Part shown: one piece after another, positions 1-12,303 of the stretch
Numbering within the stretch: the stretch's first letter is position 1
Layout: each line of letters opens with the position of its first letter
From: Octopus vulgaris
Taxonomy: Eukaryota
DNA length: 64,000 nt
Direction: 5' to 3'
Assembly (NCBI GenBank): GCA_951406725.2
Contig: OX597828.1
Coordinates: forward strand, 41,788,001-41,852,000
Program-made: the position numbers and the translations under genes
The notes under the pieces: model-generated
What the model was told of the DNA's origin: nothing
What the model saw: the letters and a program-made list of their open reading frames with translations, nothing else
Databases searched by the model: none

Positions 1-90
1 AGAATAAGTCCTGGGGTCGATTTGCTCGACTAAATGCGGTGCTCCGGCATGGCCACAGTCAAATGACTGAAACAAGTAAAAAAGGAAAGA
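1..90 (+). mobile_element. 3' tail of SINE family A
   Basis: agaataagtcctggggtcgatttgctcgactaaa..gcggtgctcc.gcatggccacagtcaaatgactgaaacaagtaaaa matches the tails of the full copies at 28912 and 52151. Confidence 0.9.
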
Positions 91-129
91 GAGTATATAA
101 ACATTAATTGTTTAATCTGTATTTTAGTT

Positions 130-1293
130 TTGAAGAGCCATTTTACGCTACCTGTGGAAAAAAAGGACGGTATGTGGAAGCCCCAGGAACTGTCAACGAA
201 CGTGTGATACAAAGCTGATTCAGACTTTTCAAGGAAAGTGACACCAGCTTCGAAAACAAACCAAGGACAGGGAGACGTTCTGTTGTTGAAGATGATGCCT
301 TGCTTGAAATGGTTGAGCATAGCTGAATTTAGCCGAACATAGCCGAACACTCGTACATTGTCAGAAAAAACTTAGTCCTTCACAAAGCAACATCAACCGA
401 CATCTCCATAAGCTCGGCTTTGTGAATAGACGCTGCCGAGAAGCTTTTCATGAATTGACTAATGATCAGGTCAAACAGTGTGTCAACATTGGCGAAAAAT
501 TGCTGGCATATTCTCAAGATGTCCGTTATTGGACAAGATGTCCGAATTGTAACTGAGGATGACAAATGGATCTATTTTCGTAATCTTAATGAAAGAAGTC
601 AATGACTTCATTCTGGCCAGGCATCGGAACCTGTTGTCAAACAAGAGCTGTTTGAATAGAAGGTCACGTGGCGTGTTTCGTGGAATTTTGAGGGTGTATT
701 GCACTTTGAGCTTGTCCCAGATGGGGATGCTGTGAATGCTAAGCTTTATGCTCAGCAACTGCAGCAAGTATATGATGCTTTAAAAGCCCATTATCCGGCA
801 TTGGTCAGTCGAAGACACGCACACCTACAGCGTGATAACGCCCGAGCACACACAGCCAATGTGACCCAACGTGAACATCAGGAACCTAAGGGGATGGAAG
901 TTCTTCCTCACCCTGCTACAGTCCAGACCTTGCACCATCAAATTACCGCCTTTTCTGAGCCGTGGCTCATTTCCTGCACGGACAGCGGTTCACCAATGTA
1001 AATGAGGTTGAAAATGGATGCAGATAGTTTTTCTGCCACTAAACCAGTCAAATGGTATAAACATATAATTGAGTTTCTGACACAATGGCAAGATATAGAC
1101 AATAAATATATAGACAATAATATATAGACAATATATAGACAATAAATATATAGACAATATATATATATAGACAATATATAGACAATAAATTATGATGGGA
1201 TTATTTTAATGACTAAACGCTTTCCGCGTGTAATTTGTTTCAATTGTCAATAAAACCTTGAAATACGCCATAGCTTTTGACTGAACATGATAT
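130..1293 (+). mobile_element. Mariner (DD34D-type) transposase pseudogene with right TIR
   Basis: Frameshifted motifs IVTEDDKWIYFRN, WNFEGVLHFELVP, QRDNARAHTA, EVLPHPA/YSPDLAPSNY and C-terminal YDGDYFND*; ends ...agcttttgactgaacatga-TA. Confidence 0.92.
1093..1190. repeat. Minisatellite (atatagacaata-type unit) expanded inside the transposase C-terminus
   Basis: About 7 copies of tatagacaata(aa)t between the codons for WQD and NYDGDYF. Confidence 0.85.
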
Positions 1294-1307
1294 ATATATG
1301 TACTGTC

Positions 1308-1682
1308 GTGGCACTCCGTCGGTTACGACGACGAGGGTTCCGGTTGATCCAAATCAACGGAACAGCCTGCTCGTGAAATTAACGTGTAAGTGACTGAGCA
1401 CTCCACAGACACGTGTACCCTTAACGTAGTTCTCGGGGAGATTCAGTGTGTCACCGAGTGTGACAAAGATGGCCCATTGAAAATACAGGTACAGGAAGAA
1501 AGAGTGAGAGAAAGTTGTGATGAAAGAGTACAGCAGGGTTCGCCATTACCCCCTGCCGGAGCCTCGTGGAGCTGTAGGACTTTTCGCTCAATAAACACTC
1601 ACAACGCCCGGTCTGGGAATCGAAACCGCGATACCACGACCGCTAGTCCGCTGCCCTAACCACTGGGTCATTGCGCCTCCAC
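1308..1682 (-). mobile_element. tRNA-derived SINE family B
   Basis: Reverse strand ggaggcgcaatgacccagtggttagggcagcgg...ggtttcgattccc (A and B boxes); homologous to 12304 and 28307. Confidence 0.9.
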
Positions 1683-1778
1683 ATATGTGTACTACAAATG
1701 CAATATATATGTTTTATATATGTAATAATTAGATTATTTATTATAGACTTTGTGTTTTCTTATGCGCATGATCTTCTA

Positions 1779-1841
1779 GTTCGTGGGAAAATTGTCTTGC
1801 ATGAAACAAGTCCATCGAGCCAGAAAGGTTTTGGGCCGCTG
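1779..1841 (+). mobile_element. hAT/Charlie (MER1-like) MITE terminal fragment
   Basis: gttcgtgggaaaattgtcttgcatgaaac..gtcc...gccagaaaggttttgggccgctg resembles recalled MER1-type ends. Confidence 0.45.
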
Positions 1842-2477
1842 ATGTAGGGTCCTGAATAGGGTATTACCAGCTTCCTTAAATACATATGCGTCCCAGCAAT
1901 TCGATGGTATCTACTTAGAGCGTGTAAGACTAGGCCAACAAGAGTTAAAGGTTCTCGGATTGTTGTTTTGGCTACAATGTAGAGGAGGATGTGAACTGTT
2001 GACTCTTTAGCTGGTAGTCTGACATCCTAATCAACTTAGCCAGCTGTAAAAACAAATATAATGACACACAGTCATAGGAATGTACACCCATAAGCACACA
2101 CACAAACACACACCCACACAGACACACACACACACACAGACACACACACACACACACACACAGGCACACACATACACACGCTCGCGAGCACACGCACGTA
2201 GACAGAAATTGGAGAAAAAGGGAAGAAAATACACAATGAGAGGGAGCGAGAGAAAGAGAAAGAGCGAGAGCACATGCAAAAAGATATAGATACACTGTGA
2301 CAGAATGATTCCATACACCCATTGCACATACTGTGCAAATAAGGTTATATATATACATATATATATGTATATATATATGTATGTATAAGTATGTATGTAT
2401 GTATGTATGTATGTATGTATGTATGTATGTATGTATGTATGTGTGTATAGGTATATACATACATATATATATATGTT

Positions 2478-2518
<41 letters not shown>

Positions 2519-2564
2519 TGTATTTATATGTGTATGCATATTTATATTTATATGTATATATATG

Positions 2565-2595
<31 letters not shown>

Positions 2596-2765
2596 GTATA
2601 TATATGCGTGTGTATACATATATATATATATATATATATACATATATATACATATACATACATATACATATATATACATATATACACATGCATCCATATA
2701 TATGTATATATATATATGTATGTATATATATGTATATATATATATGTGTATATATGAATGTATAT

Positions 2766-2848
<83 letters not shown>

Positions 2849-3200
2849 GGGCGAGAGAGGGAGAAAGAAAAAACCGACAGACCTGAGAGACAGACAGAGA
2901 GAGACATGGTTCAGCTTCCTCAGTTGAAAAGGTTAACCTGTTTGATTGCTATATTACATCACAATAGCCTGTCTGTTACAATCTATTCACTGCTAACATG
3001 TAAGACAACCAAGAGAACAGAGGTTACCGACAAATGTTGACCCTATTTACATAAACACTGGCCTATCCCACAATCTATCTACCCCCTATTAATGTACCTA
3101 CTATTCATTGCGCTATACTAACAAAGGTAAAGCATTTATATAACCAACGATATTCAGCAAAAGATACCATTAAGTATTTCGCTGTTTATTATTATTATTA

Positions 3201-3284
<84 letters not shown>

Positions 3285-3300
3285 CTACTACTACCACTAT

Positions 3301-3406
<106 letters not shown>

Positions 3407-3801
3407 GGAGTAGGAGTGGCTGTGTGGTAAGTAGCTTGCTTACTAACCACATGGTTCCGGGTTCACTCCCACTGGGTGGCACGTTGTGCAAGTGTCTTCA
3501 ACTATAGCCCCGGGCCAACTAAAACCTTGTGAGTGGATTTGGTAGACGGAAACTGAAAGAAGCCCGTCGATTATATGTATGTGTGTGTATATGTTTGTGT
3601 GTCAGTGTTTGCTCCCACCCCAACATCGCTTGACAACCCATGCTGCTGTGTTTACATCCCCGTAACTTAGCGGTTCGGCCAATGAGATCCGATTGAATAA
3701 GTACTAAGCTTACAAAGTCTGGGGTCGATTTTCTCGGCTAAAGGCGGTGCTCCAGCATGGCCACAGTCAAATGACTGAAACAAGTAAAAGAGTAAAAGAG
3801 T
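3407..3801 (+). mobile_element. SINE family A, full length (tRNA-like head, internal TA/TG tract, second module, gtaaaaga tail)
   Basis: ggagtggctgtgtggtaagtagcttgct...ggttccgggttca head; homology to many copies in the window. Confidence 0.92.
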
Positions 3802-3815
3802 AATAATAAAAATAC

Positions 3816-3859
<44 letters not shown>

Positions 3860-4330
3860 GAATGACAGAGCAATGCATGCCATCAAAGTGACACTGGGGT
3901 AAAATATACGAAGCCCAGTATTCTCATCATGACTAGCCGTCTGATAAGGTCGCACCAGGCACATGCATCACAACCATATATGCACGACATGGTGATCTTA
4001 TATCAAGATAAAGAGTGCATGATCTTGCAGATGGGGCCCAATTAGAATTTTCTTCAGGTCGAGTGGCCCATCCCGCTCAAACGGTCCTTGAATAAGGGTT
4101 GTTTAAGGATGTTGAACGAACCACCTATGTTTCGAAAGGTGAATTATTCAAACCCCAAAGAATCTCTCTCAACACATGGTTAGGATGCTCCCCCTCTACT
4201 TCTGCTTGTGATCAGAGATGCCACATATTGTCAGTCACTAAGGGACATGCTCAACTGGTTAAGGTCAAACAACAGACAAGCAAATCTGTGGTATTGAGCA
4301 GAATATTTGTGGTAGCCCATGTTTTAAACA
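3860..4330 (-). mobile_element. 3' UTR-like fragment of an (AAT)n-embedded non-LTR element (family D)
   Basis: Reverse-complement homologue of 18440-19000; same 3' end, shorter 5' end; flanked by (ATT)n on both sides. Confidence 0.75.
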
Positions 4331-4347
4331 TATTATTATTATTATTA

Positions 4348-4436
<89 letters not shown>

Positions 4437-4631
4437 GTCCCTAGAGGTCTACCTGTATCAGAACGACCACATTACTATCCTCCTCATTATTTTATTTTAT
4501 TTTATTATATATATATTTTTTATTATTGTATACTATGCATGCTGCTCTTCCCTGTTTTATTGTATAGTGTGTATACTCTCTACACTTTCTAAACATACAT
4601 ACATACATACATACATACATACATACATACA

Positions 4632-4667
<36 letters not shown>

Positions 4668-4729
4668 TATATACATACATAATGCATACATACATATATG
4701 TATGTATATATACTTATATTTACATCCAT

Positions 4730-4815
<86 letters not shown>

Positions 4816-4868
4816 CTATTTATATATAAATATATGAAAGAATGGAGTTGAACGACGAATTAACAAAA

Positions 4869-4967
4869 TTCCTTTATTTTCGACATATGTTTCGAAGGCT
4901 GCATATTCCTAATTGCGAAGGAATAAGGAGTATATTATGCCGCTTTCTCATCAGGAAAAGCAAGGAA
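4869..4967 (-). ncRNA. Type I hammerhead ribozyme motif (inverted copy)
   Basis: Reverse complement of the 5768-5866 motif, with intact palindromic stem III ACATATGT-C. Confidence 0.8.
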
Positions 4968-5767
4968 CTTATGTCAACATCAAGATGCAATACAACTTTT
5001 AAACTGGAATGGTCCATATTGTCCATATTGTCGGTATCCTTCCCGTTTGACAAGGGCAGAAAACATTGCGGCGTCTGTAATTCCGATTTTTTCATATTTT
5101 GTTCGCCAAGGTCCCTTTAATAAATACAATCGTCGAGAGGTCCTACAGATGCATGCACTGGCAAAAGCACACCTTTCAATCATATGAATAAGGATTAATA
5201 CAGATAGCCCCTTGAATTTTAATTAATATAACTCTTTTTTTTATATATTTCACCCCAATAGTCAAAAAATTATTTTTATACTTTCAAAGAACTACTACTC
5301 AATCCAGTGAGTATGCGTTACCTTTGTCCCTATACCTCGCCCTCCTCTTTCTCTCTCTCTTTCCCTCTATCTTTAGTAAGCACATTTAAGCACACAGACA
5401 CAAACCGTTCACCTCAACACTGACTGTTTTCTGACACCCACCCATCCACAAACACAGTCACGCACACACATACACACACACACACACATTAATGCCGTTA
5501 TATACAGTCACACACACAGACACTCACTCACATAAGAAAATTCACCATTCATTTGAACTGCACCCTTTCACCTTCCTATTCTTATGCCTCTCTTCTCCTA
5601 CTTCGTTTGAACCCTTGAACCTTTAGAACCTTCTAGATTCTTCTACATCCAACCATTTTGACGTCACTCCTTATAAAGGAATTTCTTAAAGAGACACTCA
5701 TTTTCACTATGGGCTCCGTGTGAGCAGTCATCTAAAAGTTTTTTGTGCATCTTGATGTTGACATAAG

Positions 5768-5866
5768 TTCCTTGCTTTTCCTGATGAGAAAGCGGCATAA
5801 TATACTCCTTATTCCTTCGCAATTAGGAATATGCAGCCTTCGAAACATCTGTCGAAAATAAAGGAA
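5768..5866 (+). ncRNA. Type I hammerhead ribozyme motif
   Basis: ttccttgcttttc-CTGATGA-gaaagcggcata...tatgcagccttc-GAAA-catctGTC-gaaaataaaggaa; stems I, II and III pair; predicted cleavage after 5853. Confidence 0.8.
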
Positions 5867-6017
5867 TTTTGTTAATTCGTCGTTCAACTCCATTCTTTCA
5901 TATATTTATATTTAAAAAAAAACATACAAATTTCCACACGAAAGCACGTAACTTCAAACGTGTCTTCTCTGATGTGAATTTGCTACCCAGGTATCGGTTA
6001 ACCGAATTATCCATAAC

Positions 6018-6048
<31 letters not shown>

Positions 6049-6263
6049 GTATAAATCAAAAGGGCACACGATAAATATGAATTTTAATTGTATAGCTATC
6101 TAATGCTATTTAATGCTTGCAGCCACCAATATTGTTGTTGTTGTTATTATCAATCATTTATACTTACCGCTGATGATAATAACAGTAATAATATCTTATC
6201 TATGCGAATATTCGCATTTCAATACTTAATCCCTTATTATGTGTGTGTTTGTGAGTGTGTGTG

Positions 6264-6359
<96 letters not shown>

Positions 6360-6429
6360 CATGTAAAACCCCTCGCTTGATGTCTGTCTCTCCAGTCCCC
6401 CTCATCCTCCGCCTTGGTGGCAATAAAAG

Positions 6430-6523
<94 letters not shown>

Positions 6524-6656
6524 TACCTATTATTATTTCACCGACTTTTCCCTGTCCTACCTTTCATCTTTTATGTAAACTCCCACACAACCTATATACA
6601 GTTCTTGTGATGTTTCCCCACTTCTCTGCCCCCCTGGCAAATGAAAAATCTATCAC

Positions 6657-6753
<97 letters not shown>

Positions 6754-7069
6754 GTTATTGCTACTGCTGCTGTTGTTGTTGTTGGTGTTGCTGTTGTTCT
6801 GTTTGTCCCACTTCCTTCTTAAATGTTCAACTACAATATTTAGATAAAAGAGCTTTAGAGAAACAGAAATTTAGGGTGTGGTGAAGCGGAGGAGAGGAAG
6901 GGGGCTCAAAATAAACAAGTATTGGCTTCTTTGACACAAACCAAGCCTTTTGGTGGTGGTGGTCATGGTGGCGATGATGGTGGAAGGGATATACTTTGGT
7001 TATACCGTCTCAATTCCCTTAATATTTGACTAGTATTCGTTTCACAGAACTCCGAAAGATAAGAGAGAA

Positions 7070-7105
<36 letters not shown>

Positions 7106-7286
7106 TGAGAGACAGAGAGAGAGAGAATATCATAGCTCAGTGGTTAAGAAGCTTGCTTTGCATACACCTAGTTTCGAGCTCAGTTGAACTGCGGGACACA
7201 CCTTAGCCAAGTGTCGTCTACTATAGCTCCGTGGCCGATCAATATCTTGTGAGTGAATTTGGCAAATGGAAATTGTGTGGAAGAGC

Positions 7287-7374
<88 letters not shown>

Positions 7375-7375
7375 G

Positions 7376-7413
<38 letters not shown>

Positions 7414-7428
7414 GAATATAAATATATG

Positions 7429-7505
<77 letters not shown>

Positions 7506-7510
7506 GTATA

Positions 7511-7673
7511 GGCGCAGAAGTGGCTGTGTGGTAAGTAGCTTGCTTACCAATCACATGGTTCCAGGTTCAGTCTCACTGCATGGGACCTTGAGCAAGTGTC
7601 TTCTACTAAAGCCTCGGGCCGACCAAAGCCTTGTTAGAGGATTTGGTAGATAGAAACTCAAAGAAGCCCGTCG

Positions 7674-7752
<79 letters not shown>

Positions 7753-7962
7753 TTGTGTGTCTGTGATTGTCTCCCCCAACATCGCTTGACAACCGATGCT
7801 GGTGTGTTTACGTCACCGTCAACTAGCGGTTCGGCAAGAGAGAACAATAGAATAAGTACTGTGCTTACAAAAATAAGTCCTGGGGTCGATTTGTTCGACT
7901 AAAGGCGGTGTTCCAGCATGGCCGCAGTCAAAATGACTGAAACAAGTAAAAGAATAAAAGAA
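7511..7962 (+). mobile_element. SINE family A, full length
   Basis: Head, internal (TA)n(TG)n tract and tail all present. Confidence 0.92.
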
Positions 7963-8116
7963 AGAATTGAGATGTGCAACACCAGCTGAGAGAACAAGTC
8001 AATGTTTAAATTTACAGATCCAGCAAATCTCGAGAGCAAACTACAAAATTGTAGAGAGCAAACTACAAAATTGTAGAGACAATATTTATCAACACTATAT
8101 GGAGTTCCTCAAATGT

Positions 8117-8317
8117 TCTTTTATCATTTTATTTATTTCGGTCATTTGACTGCGGCCATGCTGGAGCACCGCCTTTACTCGAGCAAATCGACCCCCAGGA
8201 CTTATTCTTTGTAAGCCTAGTACTTATTCTATCGGTCTCTTTGCCGAACCGCTAAGTAATGGGGGCGTAAGCACACCAGCATCGGTTGTCAAGCGATGTT
8301 GAGCGGACGGAGACAAA

Positions 8318-8374
<57 letters not shown>

Positions 8375-8432
8375 ACACATATATATATATACGACGGGCT
8401 TCTTTCAGTTTCCATCTACCAAATCATCTCAC
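8117..8432 (-). mobile_element. SINE family A, 5'-truncated, inverted relative to the 7511 copy
   Basis: gtcatttgactgcggccatgctggagcaccgcc...acgacgggcttctttcagtttcc. Confidence 0.9.
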
Positions 8433-8442
8433 GGGGGATTTC

Positions 8443-8477
<35 letters not shown>

Positions 8478-8480
<3 letters not shown>

Positions 8481-8672
8481 GGTCCCGGGTTGATTCGGGG
8501 TTAACCACAGTAAATAAGGTACTCAATACATAGCAGAGTAAAATTAATTTATTATATAGAAGGAGCTTCTACAGGACTAGAACTGTTTCATTCAAGAGAA
8601 ATCTTCAGGAAGCTTCCTGAAGATTTCTCTTGAATGAAACAGTTCTAGTCCTGTAGAAGCTCCTTCTATATA

Positions 8673-8678
<6 letters not shown>
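8478..8678. mobile_element. Fold-back pLTR mini-element with hammerhead motif on both strands
   Basis: Perfect 132-bp palindrome 8547-8678 centred on aagctt; agcttc-CTGAAGA-tttctcttgaat-GAAA-cag.ttctagtc.ctGTA-gaagct; in (TA)n. Confidence 0.8.
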
Positions 8679-8709
<31 letters not shown>

Positions 8710-8713
8710 CATA

Positions 8714-8941
8714 CAATAATCCCGCGATTATCGCTGGTGTTACGTTCCAGAACCTCGCCAGCGATAGGTGAAAATCCGTGAAGTAGAAACAATACTGCAG
8801 TCATTTTTATAATTTGTATATTTTTAATATATTTATCATATTATAAATACAAAACAACACCGCGGAAGAATCGACGTAATCTTAAAGTATAAACCGTGAT
8901 AGGTGAACTGTGATTGATGAACCGCCATATCGCTAAAACTG
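8714..8941 (+). mobile_element. Tigger/pogo-like MITE (degenerate)
   Basis: Homologous to 42618-42921 (cgataggtgaaaatccg.gaagtagaaaca; aaatacaaaacaacacc). Confidence 0.7.
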
Positions 8942-9210
8942 AAAGCGTGTTTCTAAATGCTACACACAACGTCTCAAATGCTGTTTATAAGAACGTCATT
9001 GGACAGCATGTATCGTTCACGAAACTAGAGTGACAGGAGATACGAATACAGCAACATACGATAATAAAATGATAGGGAGGTAAACGAAAACAAAAACAGA
9101 ACTTGTTAAAGGTTAATATAACCAAATTACTAATAAACTTTCATTTAAGATTTTTCGGGCTGTGTGTATTTTATTCCTTTAACATCACTAATGCTCCTGA
9201 GTAACAATTA

Positions 9211-9314
9211 CACTGTAGATAGCTCCCATCATAATACTGCAGATGGCTCCCATCATAACACTGCAGATGGCTCCGATCATAACACTCTAGATGGCTCCCA
9301 TCATAACATTGTAG
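9211..9314. repeat. 24-bp minisatellite, about 4.3 copies
   Basis: cactgcagatggctcccatcataa repeated in tandem. Confidence 0.9.
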
Positions 9315-9918
9315 GGGCGTTTGTATACCCACTACCACTTGGCAACCGATGCTGGTTTGTTTATATCCCCTTAACTTAGTGTCTCGGTAAAACGAGACCG
9401 ATAGAATAATTAGCAGGATCTAAAAAGAAAAGTACTGGGGTCAATCAAACGATTGAATGGGTTGCTCCAGCATGGTCGCAGTCCAATGACTGAAACAAGT
9501 AGCAGATAAAAGGTAAAAAAAGCAGGTTTTTCTACTGTGTCTGACCGAGAAATGAATCTTTCCCCTTTCAGTGACAAATTCACTATCAGATGCAAACCGT
9601 ATATTTGACGATATTATTGCACAGTGTTCACACGACAAGGGTGTTGTTGTGACCAAGGCCGTAGAAATGTTGCAAAACACAGATTTGGATTATTAACTGT
9701 AGCTAGATAAGTTGCATGGAGCGCAAGCAGCAGCAGCAGCAGCATTAGCAGCAGCAGCAGCAGCGGCAATAGTGGTGGTAGTGTTCATACAACCATTTTC
9801 TTTTAGATGTTTGGGTTCTTTTGATTGTAAATTTAATTACTTCATTACTGAGTTGGGAGACATATTGTATTTCAAAGTTTTCTATTTGCTTTCTTTTTAA
9901 GTATACATACATACATTC

Positions 9919-10029
<111 letters not shown>

Positions 10030-10044
10030 TGCATACATATATAC

Positions 10045-10165
<121 letters not shown>

Positions 10166-10183
10166 CATATAAATATATATATA

Positions 10184-10248
<65 letters not shown>

Positions 10249-10582
10249 GTATATGCATGTATGTATATGATGAAATAGAGTATGTGTATGTGTGTGTAGG
10301 TATATTCATCTTTTAGTTTCCTTTAATCAGAAGTACATTTTTGGACTACGACCAAGAAAACACGTTTCGTAACTAACTTCGGTGTCACAGGTGCTAGACA
10401 TTAGAAAGGGAATATTTAAATATTTATCGTATTACATATCTTCTAAACTATTAATTTTTAGAACCGTAATGTGAGGACGCTGTAGTATTATAAGCACATG
10501 ACCAAACTCCTTTAGCAATGTATTCCTAATATGAGTGTGCGCGTGCGCGTGAGTGAGAGTATGTATGTATATATATATATAT

Positions 10583-10791
10583 ATTTCTTTACTAACCACA
10601 AGGGACTAAACATAGAAGGGACAAACAAGGACAGAAAAAGGGATTAAGTCGATTATATCGACCCCAGTGCATAACTGGTACTTAATTTATCGACCCCGAA
10701 AGGATGAAAGGCAAAGTCGACCTCGGCGGAATTTGAACTCAGAACGTAACGGCAGACGAAATACGCATACACATTTCGCCCGGCGTGCTAA
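10583..10791 (-). mobile_element. SINE family C (Nin/Deu-like central domain)
   Basis: Reverse strand gtcgactttgcctttcatcctttcggggtcgataaattaagtaccag. Confidence 0.85.
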
Positions 10792-10878
10792 AACTCTTAG
10801 CAGCTCTTTCAAATTGGTACATACCTTTCACTGGATGAAGTATTTTCTGTTGATTCTACCTCTATTGGATCTGTAAAC

Positions 10879-10932
<54 letters not shown>

Positions 10933-10944
10933 TACACAACAACC

Positions 10945-11355
10945 GCTATAAATGTTGGTTGATTGATTTTTCCGCTCATGCCTAACATCGTATGACGTGA
11001 AGAAGAAAGAGTAAAAGAGAAGGCTTGGTGACAGACAATGAGTAAAGTAACGTTATGTACAGTGGGAAAAAATAATCTTAGACAGAAAAAGAGCAAGAGA
11101 AATAGAGAGGTGGGCGAGGAAATACGAGAAGTTACGTGAGAAGTTATACAAATAAGACATTTGGTTTATCTAACTATGTGTCAAGGTAATAAATATTTTC
11201 TTTCAAAAATTCGTAAACATTTCATCATTTTACATAAACACGAGGAAATTTGATAAAAGCTAACTTATAATTATTGCATGTATGTTTCCTCATATAACCC
11301 TTGGTGGTAAAAGTATACTTCCGAAGTTACCCGTCATATGATGGGTAACACTAGT
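10945..11355 (+). mobile_element. Putative non-autonomous Helitron (3' end clear, 5' end uncertain)
   Basis: Hairpin gttacccgtca-ta-tgatgggtaac (11326-11349) followed by a-CTAG-t. Confidence 0.5.
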
Positions 11356-11479
11356 GTCTGCGAATGTATGTATGTATGTATGTATGTATGTATATGCATA
11401 TATATATATGTATCAAACGTATATATATATATATATATGTATGTAAAATATATATGAATTAGTGTGTGTTTGTGTATGT

Positions 11480-11641
11480 AGGCGCAGGCGTGGTTCTGTG
11501 GTAAGAAGCTTGATTCTCAACCAATGGTTCCGGGTTCAGTTGCACTGCGTGACACCTTGGACTAGTGTCTTCTACTATAGCATCAGGCCAACCAGAACTT
11601 TGTGAGGGAATTTGGTGGATGGAAATTGAAAGAAGCCCGTC

Positions 11642-11645
<4 letters not shown>
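11480..11645 (+). mobile_element. SINE family A head module
   Basis: ggcgcaggcgtggttctgtggtaagaagc...gaaagaagcccgtcg. Confidence 0.85.
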
Positions 11646-11683
<38 letters not shown>

Positions 11684-11940
11684 CTAAAAATGGTAAGACA
11701 ACAAAAGAATGAAAAAGACCTCGATATTATGTAAATAGAGAAATTTATCTGTAAATGTAATATGTGACATTTATTTGGTAGCCATGATAAAACTCCGAGT
11801 TTCGGATGCCGAGGTGGAAATCCATGCCTTCCGATGGCCGGATAACTGAAGAGATAGCGGCGTGGATTTCCACCTCGGCATCCGAAACTCGGTGTTTTAT
11901 CATGGCTACCGAATAATTGTCACATATTACATTTACAGAT
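11684..11940. mobile_element. Fold-back pLTR mini-element with hammerhead motif
   Basis: Inverted arms 11747-11828 / 11859-11940; gataa-CTGAAGA-...gtggatttccac...cc-GAAA-ctcgg(t/a)GTT-ttatc; in (TA)n. Confidence 0.75.
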
Positions 11941-11987
11941 ATATATATATATATATATCGTATTACATATCTTCTAAACTATTAGAA

Positions 11988-12025
<38 letters not shown>

Positions 12026-12303
12026 GCGTTTATATGCACTGATATCACTGCAGTCATGTGGTAACGAATGGCGAACTCACAGTCATAAGTTTATGGTTTC
12101 GATTTTCAAACAATGTTGTATGTACATTGTAATTTTTGAGCCAAAAGTTTCATTGTACGTTACTGCAACCTATTCAGCGGAAAACGAGTACAAGAAGCAA
12201 CTGGTGGGGAGACAACTCTGCTGCAGACTGGAGTCTTGTTTAGCAGCGGGGGCTGGAATATTGCACGCTTCTGTCGGTCGCTTACATGTTATGATGAGAC
12301 AGT

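Larger units (their letters stand above)
4824..6018 (+). mobile_element. 5'-truncated Penelope-like element: inverted pLTR, GIY-YIG C-terminal relic, 3' UTR, pLTR
   Basis: Arms 4824-4989 and 5746-5910 are near-perfect reverse complements; 4990-5200 encodes FKLEWSILS..FPFDKGRKHCGVCNS..LLN; inserted in (TA)n. Confidence 0.85.

Noticed and set aside
1972-2058. Possible minus-strand terminal exon (tttgtttttacag|CTGGCTAAG..., LAKLIRMSDYQLKSQQFTSSSTL*)
   Set aside because: Only an acceptor-like motif and 23 codons with no recognisable homology; needs RNA-seq.
1972-2460. ORFs rich in YI, HT, CV, poly-I, poly-L or poly-T throughout the window
   Set aside because: They are translations of (TA)n, (CA)n, (AAT)n and (CTA)n tracts in overlapping frames on both strands; no coding evidence.
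9211-9314. CRISPR-like regular repeats (also 52640-53030 and 62901-64000)
   Set aside because: Units are contiguous without unique spacers, there are no cas genes, and the context is eukaryotic.
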